NCBI GenBank assembly: GCA_963775865.1
Contig: CAVZKU010000001.1
Coordinates: 229,510-293,509 of the forward strand
Length of the DNA: 64,000 nt
DNA from: Candidatus Acidiferrales bacterium
GTDB lineage: Bacteria; Acidobacteriota; Terriglobia; Acidiferrales; UBA7541
Direction of reading: 5' to 3'
Shown here: positions 9,465 to 19,787 of the stretch, one piece after another
Layout: every line of letters begins with the position of its first letter
Position numbering within the stretch: the first letter of the stretch is position 1
The notes under the pieces: model-generated
Database searches by the model: none
What the model saw: only the letters and a program-made list of their open reading frames with translations
What the model was told of the DNA's origin: nothing
Made by a program: the position numbers and the translations under genes

Positions 9465-12400
9465 TTAGAAAGCGAGGCGCAGCGAAAACTGAATCAGGCG
9501 CGGCGTTCCCACCGTGGAAATGATTCTGCCGAAGGAGCTACCCGCTTCCACATCGGTCACGGCTGGATTGGCGAAGTTCGCGTGGTTCCAGATGTTGAAG
9601 AAATCCGTCGAGAACCGCAAGCTGAAGCGCTCCGTCAGATGGAAATTCTTCATCAGCGAAAAATCCCAGTTCTGTTGGTACGGCCCGCGGTAAGTATTCC
9701 GGCCGAGATTCCCGAAGTTTGTGACGCAGGTGTTTCCGGTTGGGTCTGGACAAGTTCCGGTGTAATAGAGGTACGAAGCCGGTGCGAAATTCCCCGGAGC
9801 CAAGTAACCGTTGTTGACTTCGTTTTTGATGCCTCCACCAGTGTAGCCCTTGCCGATGGTTCCACCCGGAGCCAGACTGCCGGTCAATGTCGTTGTGTAT
9901 CCCGGACCTACATAGGCGGAGCCCGCAAGTGAGTCAAGCACAGAAAAAGGCGTGCCGGACTGGATGATCGTGATGCCGCTGATGGCCCATCCTCCGAGCG
10001 CGGCTCGTTTCCAGCCTTCGGCCGAGGAGAAGAACGGAAGATCGTACCGGTAGCTCACCGCCAAACGGTGCGGCCGATCGAAATCCGATAACGCGTAGGA
10101 GTTACTCAGGTCCGCTTCGTTATTGAACGCGGTGTTGAATGCGGTGTTGCCACTCGATGTGGCATCCATGGACTTCGAGAATGTATACCCCGCCTGAACA
10201 TAGCCATGGCTCCATCGCTTCGAGACCGTGGTCTGCAACGCGTTGTAGTGCGAGTAGGCATCATCGGCAAACACCTGGAAGCCATTGTACCCGTTGATCC
10301 CCTGGTTGCTCGAACGAATTGGGCCATTGGCAATGGTGTTTGAGGTGATCTGATAGCTGGTGCCATTCTGCGCCGTTACCGTGATGGGGTTGCTTGGGCT
10401 GGCGATGCGCTCAGGAATGTCCGTCCGCGTTTCCCGGAGGTGAATCGCGTGCGTTCCGACGTAGCCGACTTCCAAAATCCATTGCTTTCCGAGGTCGCGC
10501 TGAATGGTCAGGTTCCATTGCTGTGTACTTGGCGAAACAAAACGCCGCGGTACGGCCAGCACGAATAGATATTCCGTCGGGACACTCCCCGGACTTCCGT
10601 TCGCGCAGCCATAGTTGGCCGCTTGCGTCGGATTATTGTTATTGAAACTAAGGAAAGCCGAAGTGCAGGGAATATAGCTGGAACTGAGCGTTCCCGCGGT
10701 TGGCAGCGCGTTCGGATTTGAAGTGAATCCGGTGGGGATGCAATTGGCCGGGGCATTCGCGGAGAAATAAGTGGACAGGCACCCCGGCAGGCCGCCGCTA
10801 GACGTGATGGGAAGGAACGGAGCCTGAAACGAAAGCTGATCAACGCTGCCGACATCTTCTCTCACGTAGTAGATTCCATACCCTGCTCGAATTGCGGTCT
10901 TGCCATCGCCAGTGAGGTCGTAGGCAAGCCCCACGCGGGGGGCCAGTCCGGTCGCGTAATTGTTTTTGTAGGTCGTGTTATTGCCGCTGCCTGTCAGTCC
11001 TTGCAGGTTCAGGGAGTTGGCGCACGCGCCGTAAATCATAGGGTAGCTTCCCGCAGCCGCCAGGCTTTCATCGATGTTGCCGATATGGCAGAGATCGTCG
11101 TGGAATGCGCCGTTGATTTCCACGCGAAGTCCCACGTTCAACGTTACTTTGCGCGTTGCCTTGTAATCGTCCAAGGCGAACAAGGCGAAATCATTCGCGC
11201 GGTACTGGTGGTTATACACGCCGCCGCCGCCAAAACTCGCTGCCGGTGACCCCTCGAGGAAATTCTGAAAGTCGGTTAACCCGGGTGTATTCACAAAGAA
11301 GAGTTGCCCATTGAAGGTTTGCGGAAAATCCTTGTTGAGATCGACCCGCGTGGCTTCTCCACCAAACCGGAAATCGTGAGGACCCCTGATCCAACTGACG
11401 GTATCCACAAAATTGAAGTTCGTTTGGATCTGCGTCTGATTCGCCGGAGGCGTCGGGCCGATCTGGAATCCCGAACTGTTAAAGGTGAATTTGTAGATCG
11501 AGGAAGAAATGTTGTTACTCGGCCGGTCAATTCCCAAATCCCCCACGGTCACCGGCGGAATGTTCAACAAGCTGTCATTGATACGCACAATGCCAAAACG
11601 AAAGTCGTTCACCAGCGAAGGACTGAACAAATGTGTTTCGTTCACCGTGAAGAAGCGCGAGCTCACCGGAATGTCATAGGGAAAATCGAGATCGGTGGCG
11701 CTGATGCTGCTCGACAAGGTGCCGCCCAGGGAAGCCTGCAAACCTCCGGCGCCGAAGGGCAAATAGGATTCCGCGTTTGAAAAGAAAAAACGCACTGCAA
11801 TTTTGTCCTTGCCCCCGCGGAATTCTCTGTCCCAGTTGGTGGTGAACTGATCATCGTTATACTTGCCGGTTTTGCTGGTGATGAACGGCGCGGAGTTCAA
11901 TGACACCTGGCAGGTATTGGGGTTGACGCTTACGCCCGGCGTGCCCGGCAGGGAAGGAATCAGGTAGCCTCCTGTGGTATTCCCAAACTGGTTGCTTTGA
12001 AACTGCAACAACTTCAGAATCACCGGATCGATGGTGGCCAATTGCACCGCCGGGCAGCCATTCGGATTTGTGGCGGTCGGCGCGCTTGCGGGCGTACTGA
12101 AATCGCTGAGGAGTTCCTGCTCAAAATTCGCGGAACCCCGGTCCGCTGGCAAAATCGGAAACCCCGGGTTATTGATCTGCGTTCCCGCGGAGAGTGCGCT
12201 ACGCTGTCGCGTGCCCTGGTAGTTGACGAAGAAAAAACCAAACTTCTCCTTGACGACCGGGCCGCCCACGCTTCCCCCAAAAATATTCTGCTTCACGGGC
12301 GGCCGGGGCTGCCCGGTAGCGTTGTGAAAATATTCGTTCGCGTTCAAGACATCGTTGCGGAAAAATTCGTAGGCGTCTCCGTGAAATTCCCGGGTGCCGG

Positions 12401-13148
12401 TCCGCAGAATGGCGTTGATGTTTCCGCCGCCGTTTCGTCCCTGGCTGGCGTCATAGAGAGACGTCTGGACGCGAAACTCCTGGATCACGTCGGGATTGGG
12501 AAGCGGCACGTAATAGCTCTGCGCCACGTTGTAGTCTGTCGCACTAATCCCTTCAATCAAGTAGTTGTTGTTGTCCTCGCGCTGGCCGTTCACGAAAATC
12601 TTTGTCGTGCCGCGGCCCAAGGAAGCAGAGGCGTTCAGCTCGCTTTGCGCCCCGGTGCTCAGCGCCAGCAATTGCTGGTAGTTCTGTGTGGCCAGGGGCA
12701 GCTCGCGTACCGTCTGGTCTCCAATGGTTTGTCCGGTTGTGGCGTTGGTGGTCTCTACGGCGGCCACTTGCGCCGAGATTTCCACTTTTTCGCTGACCGT
12801 CCCCGGCTTCAGGGGAACCGTCAAGCGCGTTGTTTCCGTGACCCGGACTTCAATCCCGTTGGCTTTGGCTTCCGCGAAGCCCGCTTTGTTCACGACGACG
12901 TAGTAGGTCGCCGGCGGAAGTAAGGTCACGAGGAAAGAGCCATCCACCGCAGAGTTTATGCGCCGTACTAGCAAACCCGTTGCCGTATTGATGATCTGGA
13001 TCTCCGCGTCAGCCACCGTTCCCCCATTCACATCCACGACGGTTCCGCTGATCGCTCCCGTAGCCCCGCCTTGGCCGAGGGCCAAAGGCAATCGCAAAAG
13101 TCCTGCTGCCAGAAATAGAAGAATCGTTGCCCGAATCATACCTTTCAT
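9465..13148 (-). CDS. TonB-dependent receptor (Oar-like) with N-terminal carboxypeptidase regulatory-like domain
   Basis: Signal peptide, GAISGTVVD, PNPDVIQEFRVQTS, APRVGLAYD, C-terminal PRLIQFSLRLAF. Start taken at MKGM. Confidence 0.92.
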   Translation of the reverse strand: MKGMIRATILLFLAAGLLRLPLALGQGGATGAISGTVVDVNGGTVADAEIQIINTATGLLVRRINSAVDGSFLVTLLPPATYYVVVNKAGFAEAKANGIEVRVTETTRLTVPLKPGTVSEKVEISAQVAAVETTNATTGQTIGDQTVRELPLATQNYQQLLALSTGAQSELNASASLGRGTTKIFVNGQREDNNNYLIEGISATDYNVAQSYYVPLPNPDVIQEFRVQTSLYDASQGRNGGGNINAILRTGTREFHGDAYEFFRNDVLNANEYFHNATGQPRPPVKQNIFGGSVGGPVVKEKFGFFFVNYQGTRQRSALSAGTQINNPGFPILPADRGSANFEQELLSDFSTPASAPTATNPNGCPAVQLATIDPVILKLLQFQSNQFGNTTGGYLIPSLPGTPGVSVNPNTCQVSLNSAPFITSKTGKYNDDQFTTNWDREFRGGKDKIAVRFFFSNAESYLPFGAGGLQASLGGTLSSSISATDLDFPYDIPVSSRFFTVNETHLFSPSLVNDFRFGIVRINDSLLNIPPVTVGDLGIDRPSNNISSSIYKFTFNSSGFQIGPTPPANQTQIQTNFNFVDTVSWIRGPHDFRFGGEATRVDLNKDFPQTFNGQLFFVNTPGLTDFQNFLEGSPAASFGGGGVYNHQYRANDFALFALDDYKATRKVTLNVGLRVEINGAFHDDLCHIGNIDESLAAAGSYPMIYGACANSLNLQGLTGSGNNTTYKNNYATGLAPRVGLAYDLTGDGKTAIRAGYGIYYVREDVGSVDQLSFQAPFLPITSSGGLPGCLSTYFSANAPANCIPTGFTSNPNALPTAGTLSSSYIPCTSAFLSFNNNNPTQAANYGCANGSPGSVPTEYLFVLAVPRRFVSPSTQQWNLTIQRDLGKQWILEVGYVGTHAIHLRETRTDIPERIASPSNPITVTAQNGTSYQITSNTIANGPIRSSNQGINGYNGFQVFADDAYSHYNALQTTVSKRWSHGYVQAGYTFSKSMDATSSGNTAFNTAFNNEADLSNSYALSDFDRPHRLAVSYRYDLPFFSSAEGWKRAALGGWAISGITIIQSGTPFSVLDSLAGSAYVGPGYTTTLTGSLAPGGTIGKGYTGGGIKNEVNNGYLAPGNFAPASYLYYTGTCPDPTGNTCVTNFGNLGRNTYRGPYQQNWDFSLMKNFHLTERFSLRFSTDFFNIWNHANFANPAVTDVEAGSSFGRIISTVGTPRLIQFSLRLAF

Positions 13149-13290
13149 TTCTAACCCCCTAGAAATGTATAAAAGACCCGTCCATCCGCGTCGCGGGTTC
13201 CCCTGCCACAAGCTGTCGTCCGAAGGTCCCGAGTGCTCCCCGGGCTATGAATTGGAGAAAGTGCTACACATACACAAACCCTTGGCAAGC

Positions 13291-13319
13291 AAGCTATCGA
13301 GTAACCTGCCTATTGTCAA
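13291..13319 (-). promoter_or_regulatory. Putative sigma70 promoter of the TonB-dependent receptor
   Basis: TTGACA-N17-TAGCTT on the minus strand, about 140 bp upstream of the start codon. Confidence 0.6.
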
Positions 13320-13524
13320 GCACTTGGCAATCAATAATTCTTATGCTCAGCATCTGTCTAGCTAATCGATAGGCTGCGACCCGGATCGCACGGGAGTAGC
13401 GCCGGGGTGACCGTACTCATCCCATAACAGCCTCGCGAAAGCGCCTGGGTCATTTTTATCTAACGCAACCCCCGGACATGCGTTATCGTCTAAGCTGTAG
13501 GGTCCGCGCCCCTCGAGGTGCCCC

Positions 13525-15180
13525 ATGAAATGCCTGTCTCTGCTGTATCTCTCCTTGTCGCTGCTTGTTCTCGGGGCGCTCCTGCCACAGAGCACCCACG
13601 CGGATGCGAGCCATGCCCGTATTGTTCGGTTGAGCTTGGTCGAGGGCGATGTGCGTTTCGCTCGCGAATTTCACAAGGATTCGCTCGCAGATAGCAAAGC
13701 CGCGTGGGAGATCGCGCCTCTCAATCTGCCGATTCGCGAGGGCTACGCCCTGGCCACGGACGCGAATGGCCGGGCCGAGGTGGAATTTGAAAACGGGGCC
13801 ATGGCTTTCCTCAGCGCCAACGCCCTGATTGAATTTTACGACCTCTCGCTCGACAACGGCGCGCACATCACCCGACTGATTCTGCGGCAGGGCAGCGCGA
13901 TCTTCTACGTGCATCCTGCGCAAAATGATTATTTCAGCGTGACAGGCGGTGATTTCAGCGTGGAAGCCGACGGGCGCACGCGGTTTCGCGTGGACAATTT
14001 TGACGATGGCAGCAACGTCAGTGTCGAGCAAGGCCAAATCAACGTACTCCGCAACAAGTCGTCGAAACCTCTGCAAAAAGGTCAGTCCTATTCCATCAAC
14101 ATTAACGAGGGCAACGCCCCCGTCATCGCCCGCACCCCCGATAGCGATGATTTCGACAAGTGGGTTTCGGGCCGAATCGATAGCGTGGCGACGGCCAGCA
14201 CCTATACCAATCAATATGTAAACTCTGCGGATTACACCTCTGGCTTTGCCGACCTCTACAATTACGGTTCCTTTTACAACGTCCCGGGTTACGGTTACGG
14301 CTGGCAGCCCTACGGCGTAGGGCTCGGCTGGAATCCTTTCGCCTTCGGAAGTTGGTACTCTGACCCGTTCCTGGGCTGGAATTTTATTGGTTCCGCGCCG
14401 TGGGGCTGGCTGCCGTATCACTACGGCGGTTGGATTTTTAGCCCTGTCTATGGGTGGGTTTGGACGCCGACGGGGTTTGGGTATGGTGGACCGATCGGCT
14501 ATCGCCCCATTACCGCAGTTTGGGTTCGCTCCGGCACTACGACTGGTCTGGTTCCCGTGCATCCGGCAGATGCTCACGGAAAGACCCCGCTCAATCTAGC
14601 CCAGGGTGTTTACCCTATTCACGGCAATACGCTCGAAGCCACCGCAGCACCAGCCGCAGGTGAACGATGGTCGGTGGTCAAGAATCCACCTCGCGATACA
14701 CTTACGGCAACCACGCTGGCCGCGACCACACAACCCACTCGCGTTTCCCGCACCATTCTCTCCGGGAATTATGGCAGCCGGGCGGTCACGTTGAGCCGCG
14801 ATTCCTCGATCGTCTACGATGCCAACCAGCATCGCTTCGTGAATGGCAATGCCGCAACCAAGCTTGCTTCCAATGAAGCCAAAGTTCCGTCGGGCACGGC
14901 GGCCATCTCTGGCACAGAGAAGAATGCTGTCGTTGCTGGTGAGCCGACTCACGGGCCGAACGCGCCGACGGTTGCGCATGGCAATACGATGCCGGCGCGT
15001 CCGCATATCAATCCTCCAGCGCCGCCCGCGGGCCATTCGTCCTACACCTCGTCCGGAGCTCCTGCCTGGGGTAACACTTCGGGGAGTTCTGCGAGTTCCA
15101 TGAGTGCTCCGTCCAGTTCTTCGTCTCACTCAGGTTCGCCCGCTTCCGGCGGACATTCTTCAGGTGGCGGACACCACTAA
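13525..15180 (+). CDS. Secreted FecR-domain / DUF6600-like protein with G/S/P-rich tail
   Basis: Signal peptide, SHARIVRLSLVEGDV, GRAEVEFENG. Aromatic-rich PWGWLPYHYGGW..GWVW region and a low-complexity C-terminus. Confidence 0.8.
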   Translation: MKCLSLLYLSLSLLVLGALLPQSTHADASHARIVRLSLVEGDVRFAREFHKDSLADSKAAWEIAPLNLPIREGYALATDANGRAEVEFENGAMAFLSANALIEFYDLSLDNGAHITRLILRQGSAIFYVHPAQNDYFSVTGGDFSVEADGRTRFRVDNFDDGSNVSVEQGQINVLRNKSSKPLQKGQSYSININEGNAPVIARTPDSDDFDKWVSGRIDSVATASTYTNQYVNSADYTSGFADLYNYGSFYNVPGYGYGWQPYGVGLGWNPFAFGSWYSDPFLGWNFIGSAPWGWLPYHYGGWIFSPVYGWVWTPTGFGYGGPIGYRPITAVWVRSGTTTGLVPVHPADAHGKTPLNLAQGVYPIHGNTLEATAAPAAGERWSVVKNPPRDTLTATTLAATTQPTRVSRTILSGNYGSRAVTLSRDSSIVYDANQHRFVNGNAATKLASNEAKVPSGTAAISGTEKNAVVAGEPTHGPNAPTVAHGNTMPARPHINPPAPPAGHSSYTSSGAPAWGNTSGSSASSMSAPSSSSSHSGSPASGGHSSGGGHH

Positions 15181-15208
15181 GTCAGCAGTTTGCGATGAGG
15201 TTCACGAG

Positions 15209-15245
15209 AACGGCTCGCGTACGAAGATGCGAGCCGTTTCTTTTT
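15209..15245 (+). terminator. Rho-independent terminator
   Basis: AACGGCTCGCGT-ACGAAG-ATGCGAGCCGTT stem followed by TCTTTTT. Confidence 0.8.
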
Positions 15246-15279
15246 GTGGAAGACCGCCAAATGATCTTACGCGCCCTAA

Positions 15280-16089
15280 CTAACGGAACAGCATTCCCGC
15301 GTAGCCAACAACTTCGTCTCTGTTTCCGCTGGCATCGCCGGAAGTGGCATACCGCAGCAGTTCCGCATTCGTTACGCCCAGGCGATGGAGCGCCGTCAGC
15401 ATGGTGATCGCTGGACCCAGTCCGCACATCGAGATTTTTTCCCGCCGGCAGACCTCATACAAGCCTTGGGCATCCATTTTGAGCAGGCATTCGATCGCCA
15501 TTCCATCTTTCCGCCGTGTGGTTTCGTCATCCTCGTAGTGATTCATATCGGACGAGGTCACCATAAGTAGTTCTTCGTGTGTTTCTGCCAATACCCGCGC
15601 GATGCCCTCTCCTGTCTCGGTCAACTCTCCGAAACGCAAGGTACCCACGGCGATGGGCACAAAGGAAAACCCGGGCGACAGCACCTGCAAAAAAGGGAGC
15701 TCCACCTCAAGCGAGTGTTCGCGGCTATGCGCGACGGTGTCCTCGCGCAACAGGGGACATTCCTTCTTCAACTGGGTCGCCAGCGATGTCTCGATCGGCA
15801 CGTCGCCTAGGGGCGTTCGCCACGCACCTTTCGAAAGAATTGCCAGCGGTTCGCCTTGCGGGTAATGCCGCACGCCCAAAAGCAGGATTCGCCTGGGCAG
15901 CGAGATCCGAGCAAACACTGCCCCTGCCACTCCGCCCGAGTACATGTATCCGGCGTGAGGCACCAAGCAGGCGCGAACCTTCACCTTATCTTGAGGCTTC
16001 TCTGCTTTTGTATATTTTTGGATGAGCGCGGAAAGGGCTTGGGGAGTGCCGGGATAAAACTGACCGGCAACAGCGGGAAGGCGCAACAT
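15280..16089 (-). CDS. amrB: AmmeMemoRadiSam system protein B (MEMO1 family)
   Basis: RLPAVAGQFYP, VPHAGYMYSG, EHSLEVELPFLQ, SSDMNHY, SMCG and VVGYAG. Confidence 0.9.
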   Translation of the reverse strand: MLRLPAVAGQFYPGTPQALSALIQKYTKAEKPQDKVKVRACLVPHAGYMYSGGVAGAVFARISLPRRILLLGVRHYPQGEPLAILSKGAWRTPLGDVPIETSLATQLKKECPLLREDTVAHSREHSLEVELPFLQVLSPGFSFVPIAVGTLRFGELTETGEGIARVLAETHEELLMVTSSDMNHYEDDETTRRKDGMAIECLLKMDAQGLYEVCRREKISMCGLGPAITMLTALHRLGVTNAELLRYATSGDASGNRDEVVGYAGMLFR

Positions 16090-16103
16090 GACTCCCTCCG
16101 GTT

Positions 16104-16532
16104 CTAGAGGGGTCGCGACGGTTTTCCTTTAATTCTCACAGCGGTTCGCGAAGTCGGATCGTAGTACACGGTGACCTTGTCGCCATACTGATAGCCGCCG
16201 TTGTCTACGATCTTCTGCATTTTCGCGGCAACGTCCGGGTTGAGCGGAAAGGTCTGAATGCCCAGGTCGTTTCCCTTGGCCCTTACGGTCACCTGCGCAA
16301 TGTTCGCGTGTACGACGTAGCCTTCGAATTTCTGCACGCCGGTTGGCTTGGGTTTGGGCGTGACCGCATTCACCACAATCGGCGCCAATTCGTTCACCAC
16401 CACAGGCACAATTTCATTGATGATGATCGGCGTCAAAATCGGGTCCTGGGCGGAAGCGCGGGGAGCCATCACGGTTCCGAGCACGGCCATTCCCAGGGCA
16501 CAAACCGACGCAAGTGCAAAAATCCTTTTCAT
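16104..16532 (-). CDS. Hypothetical secreted protein
   Basis: Signal peptide MKRIFALASVCALG...ASAQ. Start overlaps the upstream stop codon; beta-rich C-terminus. Confidence 0.7.
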   Translation of the reverse strand: MKRIFALASVCALGMAVLGTVMAPRASAQDPILTPIIINEIVPVVVNELAPIVVNAVTPKPKPTGVQKFEGYVVHANIAQVTVRAKGNDLGIQTFPLNPDVAAKMQKIVDNGGYQYGDKVTVYYDPTSRTAVRIKGKPSRPL

Positions 16533-16879
16533 TCGATGTCGTCCGTCGCAATCCTAAGTGACTTCAAAAAGCGCACATCCTGGGGGGTCATCGTCAGCCG
16601 GGAGGGTTCCCGCTTATCCGGTTCCTGGTCCAAAGATTCCTGGTCGACCTGGATCCGCAGGGATTCCAGAAACCGCCGGTCCTGCGTGGTCATCTTCGGC
16701 ATCTCCGTTCCATCGCGTCTTGCCAAACCGATTGTGGCGTCCAGCTTCAACACGATGTCATAGCCATGCGCGCGCACACCGGCAATTGCCCCAGTAATAC
16801 GCTCCGACTCCGACACTGTATCGTTGATAGCGTGCCCAAGTTCGCGCAATAGGTTTTTGAGGTGATCGTCGAGTTGCAA
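16529..16879 (-). CDS. Hypothetical protein with duplicated C-terminal QDxxFLxSLRI motif
   Basis: Likely TTG start after a GGGGGAA RBS. Repeats MTTQDRRFLESLRIQVD and MTPQDVRFLKSLRIATD. Confidence 0.72.
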   Translation of the reverse strand: MQLDDHLKNLLRELGHAINDTVSESERITGAIAGVRAHGYDIVLKLDATIGLARRDGTEMPKMTTQDRRFLESLRIQVDQESLDQEPDKREPSRLTMTPQDVRFLKSLRIATDDIE

Positions 16880-17051
16880 GGCCGGTTCCCCCAGTACCAC
16901 TAGATCTGATTTTAGGCCTAGGCTTTCTTTGATACAAGCTGACCTTTTGCCGTTGTCTTCAATCTATTCACAGTCCCGTTCCTGCCCACCTGTCCTTTCG
17001 GACGGGAAGCCCTCCGGGGCAAGCTTCCTGTTTCTGCGCTAAGATTCTTCT

Positions 17052-17306
17052 ATGTCCACGGTGGCGGGAATGGCTCCTCGCTCGCCAGAGCCGCGCGGAT
17101 TTAAACGGCTTTGGCGGGTCCTGAAACAGCTTTTCTATGAGACGGTCGGTGCCATGTTTGCGATTCTGGCGTTTGCCTGGTTGAACTTGGCGTTTCGTGC
17201 CTGGACCCGCGGCGTGCAGCACTCGATGATCGCCGTTTCCATCGCTGTCGCTCTGCTCTTTGTCTTTTTTGCCGTCAGTTCGTTTCGCCGCGCCCGTTCG
17301 CTGTAA
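17052..17306 (+). CDS. Small two-TM membrane protein
   Basis: 84 aa with two hydrophobic helices. TAAGAT -10-like element 6 nt before the ATG. Confidence 0.65.
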   Translation: MSTVAGMAPRSPEPRGFKRLWRVLKQLFYETVGAMFAILAFAWLNLAFRAWTRGVQHSMIAVSIAVALLFVFFAVSSFRRARSL

Positions 17307-17375
17307 ACTGGTTTGTACTGAAAAATTCGGGAAGCGCATCGGCGTTTGCCCTCGCTCTGGAACCAGGATTCGAAT

Positions 17376-19001
17376 ATGTCCGACGGAAAGTCTCATCGCG
17401 ATGCGCCCTCCGAGCGCAAGGCTCGTTTCGCCACGATTTCCGGCCAGCCGGTCGAACGGCTGTACACTACCGATTCTCTGACTGGTTGGAACGTCGAACA
17501 GGCCCTGGGGTTTCCCGGTGAGTTTCCCTATACCCGCGGCATTCATCCCACCATGTACCGCGGCCGTTTCTGGACCATGCGGCAATATGCGGGCTTTGCT
17601 TCCGCGACGGAGTCCAACCAACGCTACCGCTACCTTCTCGGCAAGGGGCAGATGGGACTGTCCGTGGCTTTCGATCTACCCACGCAAATTGGCATGGATT
17701 CCGACCACCCTCTGGCGCTCGGCGAGGTGGGAAAAGTTGGCGTTGCGATTGATTCGCTCGAGGATATGGAAACCCTGTTCCACCAGATTCCCCTCGAAAA
17801 CGTTTCTACTTCCATGACCATCAACGCGACCGCCTCCATCCTGCTTTGCCTTTACGTTGCTGTGGCCAAAAAACAAGGGGCTAGCCTCAGGAAACTCTCC
17901 GGCACCATCCAGAACGACATTTTGAAGGAATACATTGCGCGCGGCACCTATATCTATCCGGTGCAGCATGCCATGCGCATCGTCACCGATATTTTTGCGT
18001 GGTGCCGGGATGTCCTGCCCAAGTGGAACACGATTTCCATATCCGGCTATCACATCCGCGAAGCCGGTTCGACCGCGGTCCAAGAAGTGGCGTTTACCCT
18101 CGCCGATGGCGTCGCGTACGTTCAAGCCGCCCTCGCTGCGGATTTGCCAATCGATGAATTCGCACCCCAACTCTCCTTTTTTTTCAATGCCCACAATGAT
18201 CTTCTGGAAGAGATCGCCAAGTTCCGGGCCGCGCGCCGTTTATGGGCCAAAATCATGCGCGATCGCTTCCATGCGCAGGATCCTCGTTCCTTGTTGCTGC
18301 GTTTCCACGCGCAAACTGCCGGCTCTTCGTTGACAGCCCAGCAACCGGAAAACAATATCGTACGTGTGGCCATCCAGGCTCTCGCGGCGGTCCTGGGTGG
18401 TTGTCAATCGCTGCACACGAATTCGATGGACGAGGCCCTTGCCCTGCCCACGGAAGAATCGGCGCTCATCGCCCTGCGCACCCAGCAGATCATCGCGAAC
18501 GAAACCGGTGTGACCAATACCATCGACCCCGTGGCTGGTTCGTATGCCGTGGAGGCGCTTACGGTTCAGATGGAGACTCGCGCCCAGGAATATCTGGCAA
18601 AGATCGACGCTCTCGGTGGCATGATCAAGGCCATCGAATGCGGTTTCGTGCAGAGCGAAATCCAACGTGCCGCTTATGAGTTCCAGCGGGCGGTCGAGAA
18701 GAAAGAGCAGATCGTCGTCGGGGTGAACGAGTTTCTCGCCGAGGACCCGCACCGCATCCCCACGCTGCGCATCGACGCGGAAATCGAGCGCTCCCAGGTC
18801 GCTCGCGTCAAAGCCCTCCGCTCCAAACGCGACGCGGCGAAAACGAAAGCGGCCCTCGATGAGCTGGAACGCCGCTCGAAGACTTCCGAAAATCTGCTCC
18901 CCGCGATCCTGAACGCCGTGGAAGCGTATGCCACCGTCGGCGAAATCTCTGACGCCATGCGCCGCGTCTACGGGGAATACCAGGAATCCGTGGTGATCTG
19001 A
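17376..19001 (+). CDS. Methylmalonyl-CoA mutase, large (substrate-binding) subunit
   Basis: [18 protein letters not shown] (Tyr), [28 protein letters not shown] (Arg), [10 protein letters not shown]. No fused B12-binding domain. Confidence 0.92.
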   Translation: MSDGKSHRDAPSERKARFATISGQPVERLYTTDSLTGWNVEQALGFPGEFPYTRGIHPTMYRGRFWTMRQYAGFASATESNQRYRYLLGKGQMGLSVAFDLPTQIGMDSDHPLALGEVGKVGVAIDSLEDMETLFHQIPLENVSTSMTINATASILLCLYVAVAKKQGASLRKLSGTIQNDILKEYIARGTYIYPVQHAMRIVTDIFAWCRDVLPKWNTISISGYHIREAGSTAVQEVAFTLADGVAYVQAALAADLPIDEFAPQLSFFFNAHNDLLEEIAKFRAARRLWAKIMRDRFHAQDPRSLLLRFHAQTAGSSLTAQQPENNIVRVAIQALAAVLGGCQSLHTNSMDEALALPTEESALIALRTQQIIANETGVTNTIDPVAGSYAVEALTVQMETRAQEYLAKIDALGGMIKAIECGFVQSEIQRAAYEFQRAVEKKEQIVVGVNEFLAEDPHRIPTLRIDAEIERSQVARVKALRSKRDAAKTKAALDELERRSKTSENLLPAILNAVEAYATVGEISDAMRRVYGEYQESVVI

Positions 19002-19129
19002 CGCAGAGCCTCCCTTCGAGCGCTCGAAACCCAATCCATGCCCTTGCTGAAGCGACGTGTTCCATTTTCTACTAAAGCACAGCTGTCAGTTCGAAAGCTC
19101 TGTAGTATTCTGGCCGCGAGCACATTTCC

Positions 19130-19717
19130 ATGAAGCTGATTCTGGCCTCTGCCTCCCCTCGTCGAGCGCAAATTCTCCGCGACGCCGGCATTTCTTTCTC
19201 CGTGCTCTCCTCGGCTGTTGATGAAACTCCCTATGCCAATGAGACGCCGGTGCAGATGGTACAGCGCCTGGCCGAGGCCAAGGCGGATCTCGTCTCGGCA
19301 CGCGCTGTCGGCCCAGCGATCCTGGTTGCGGCGGACACAGTGGTCGTTCTCGATGGACAGACCCTGGGGAAGCCCCGCTCCACTGACGATGCGCGCCGCA
19401 TGCTGGAACTGTTTTCCGGCCGCACGCACTCCGTGGTCACGGGGGTCACTCTCATTCGCCTGCCAGAGATGGAACGCCGCCAGTTCGTCGAGACTACGCT
19501 GGTCACCTTCGCGCCTCTCTCGCGCGACGAAATTTCCCGCTATCTCGCGACCGATGAGCCTTACGACAAGGCGGGCGCGTACGCCATCCAGGGCCACGCC
19601 GGGCGCTACATCTCTCGCATCGAAGGCTGTTACTTCAACGTCGTCGGCTTGCCGTTGGCGCGTCTTGTCAGTGCACTCCAGGAACTGGGTTGGTCCGAAG
19701 AGCACGAATCGCAATAA
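19130..19717 (+). CDS. maf: Maf family nucleoside triphosphate pyrophosphatase
   Basis: LILASASPRR, ADTVV, LGKP, DKAGAYAIQG and NVVGLP. Confidence 0.95.
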   Translation: MKLILASASPRRAQILRDAGISFSVLSSAVDETPYANETPVQMVQRLAEAKADLVSARAVGPAILVAADTVVVLDGQTLGKPRSTDDARRMLELFSGRTHSVVTGVTLIRLPEMERRQFVETTLVTFAPLSRDEISRYLATDEPYDKAGAYAIQGHAGRYISRIEGCYFNVVGLPLARLVSALQELGWSEEHESQ

Positions 19718-19726
19718 CCTTCCCGC

Positions 19727-19761
19727 AAAAACAAAAAAAACGCCCCGCGAGGAACGGGGCG
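19727..19761 (-). terminator. Rho-independent terminator of the secreted repeat protein gene
   Basis: Minus strand CGCCCCG-TTCCTCG-CGGGGCG followed by T8. Confidence 0.8.
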
Positions 19762-19787
19762 CTTCGTCGAAGGAATGTTCGCGATCC

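Noticed and set aside
17376-19001. Isobutyryl-CoA or other variant acyl-CoA mutase
   Set aside because: The specificity residues Tyr (RQYAGF) and Arg (ARGTY) are of the methylmalonyl-CoA type.
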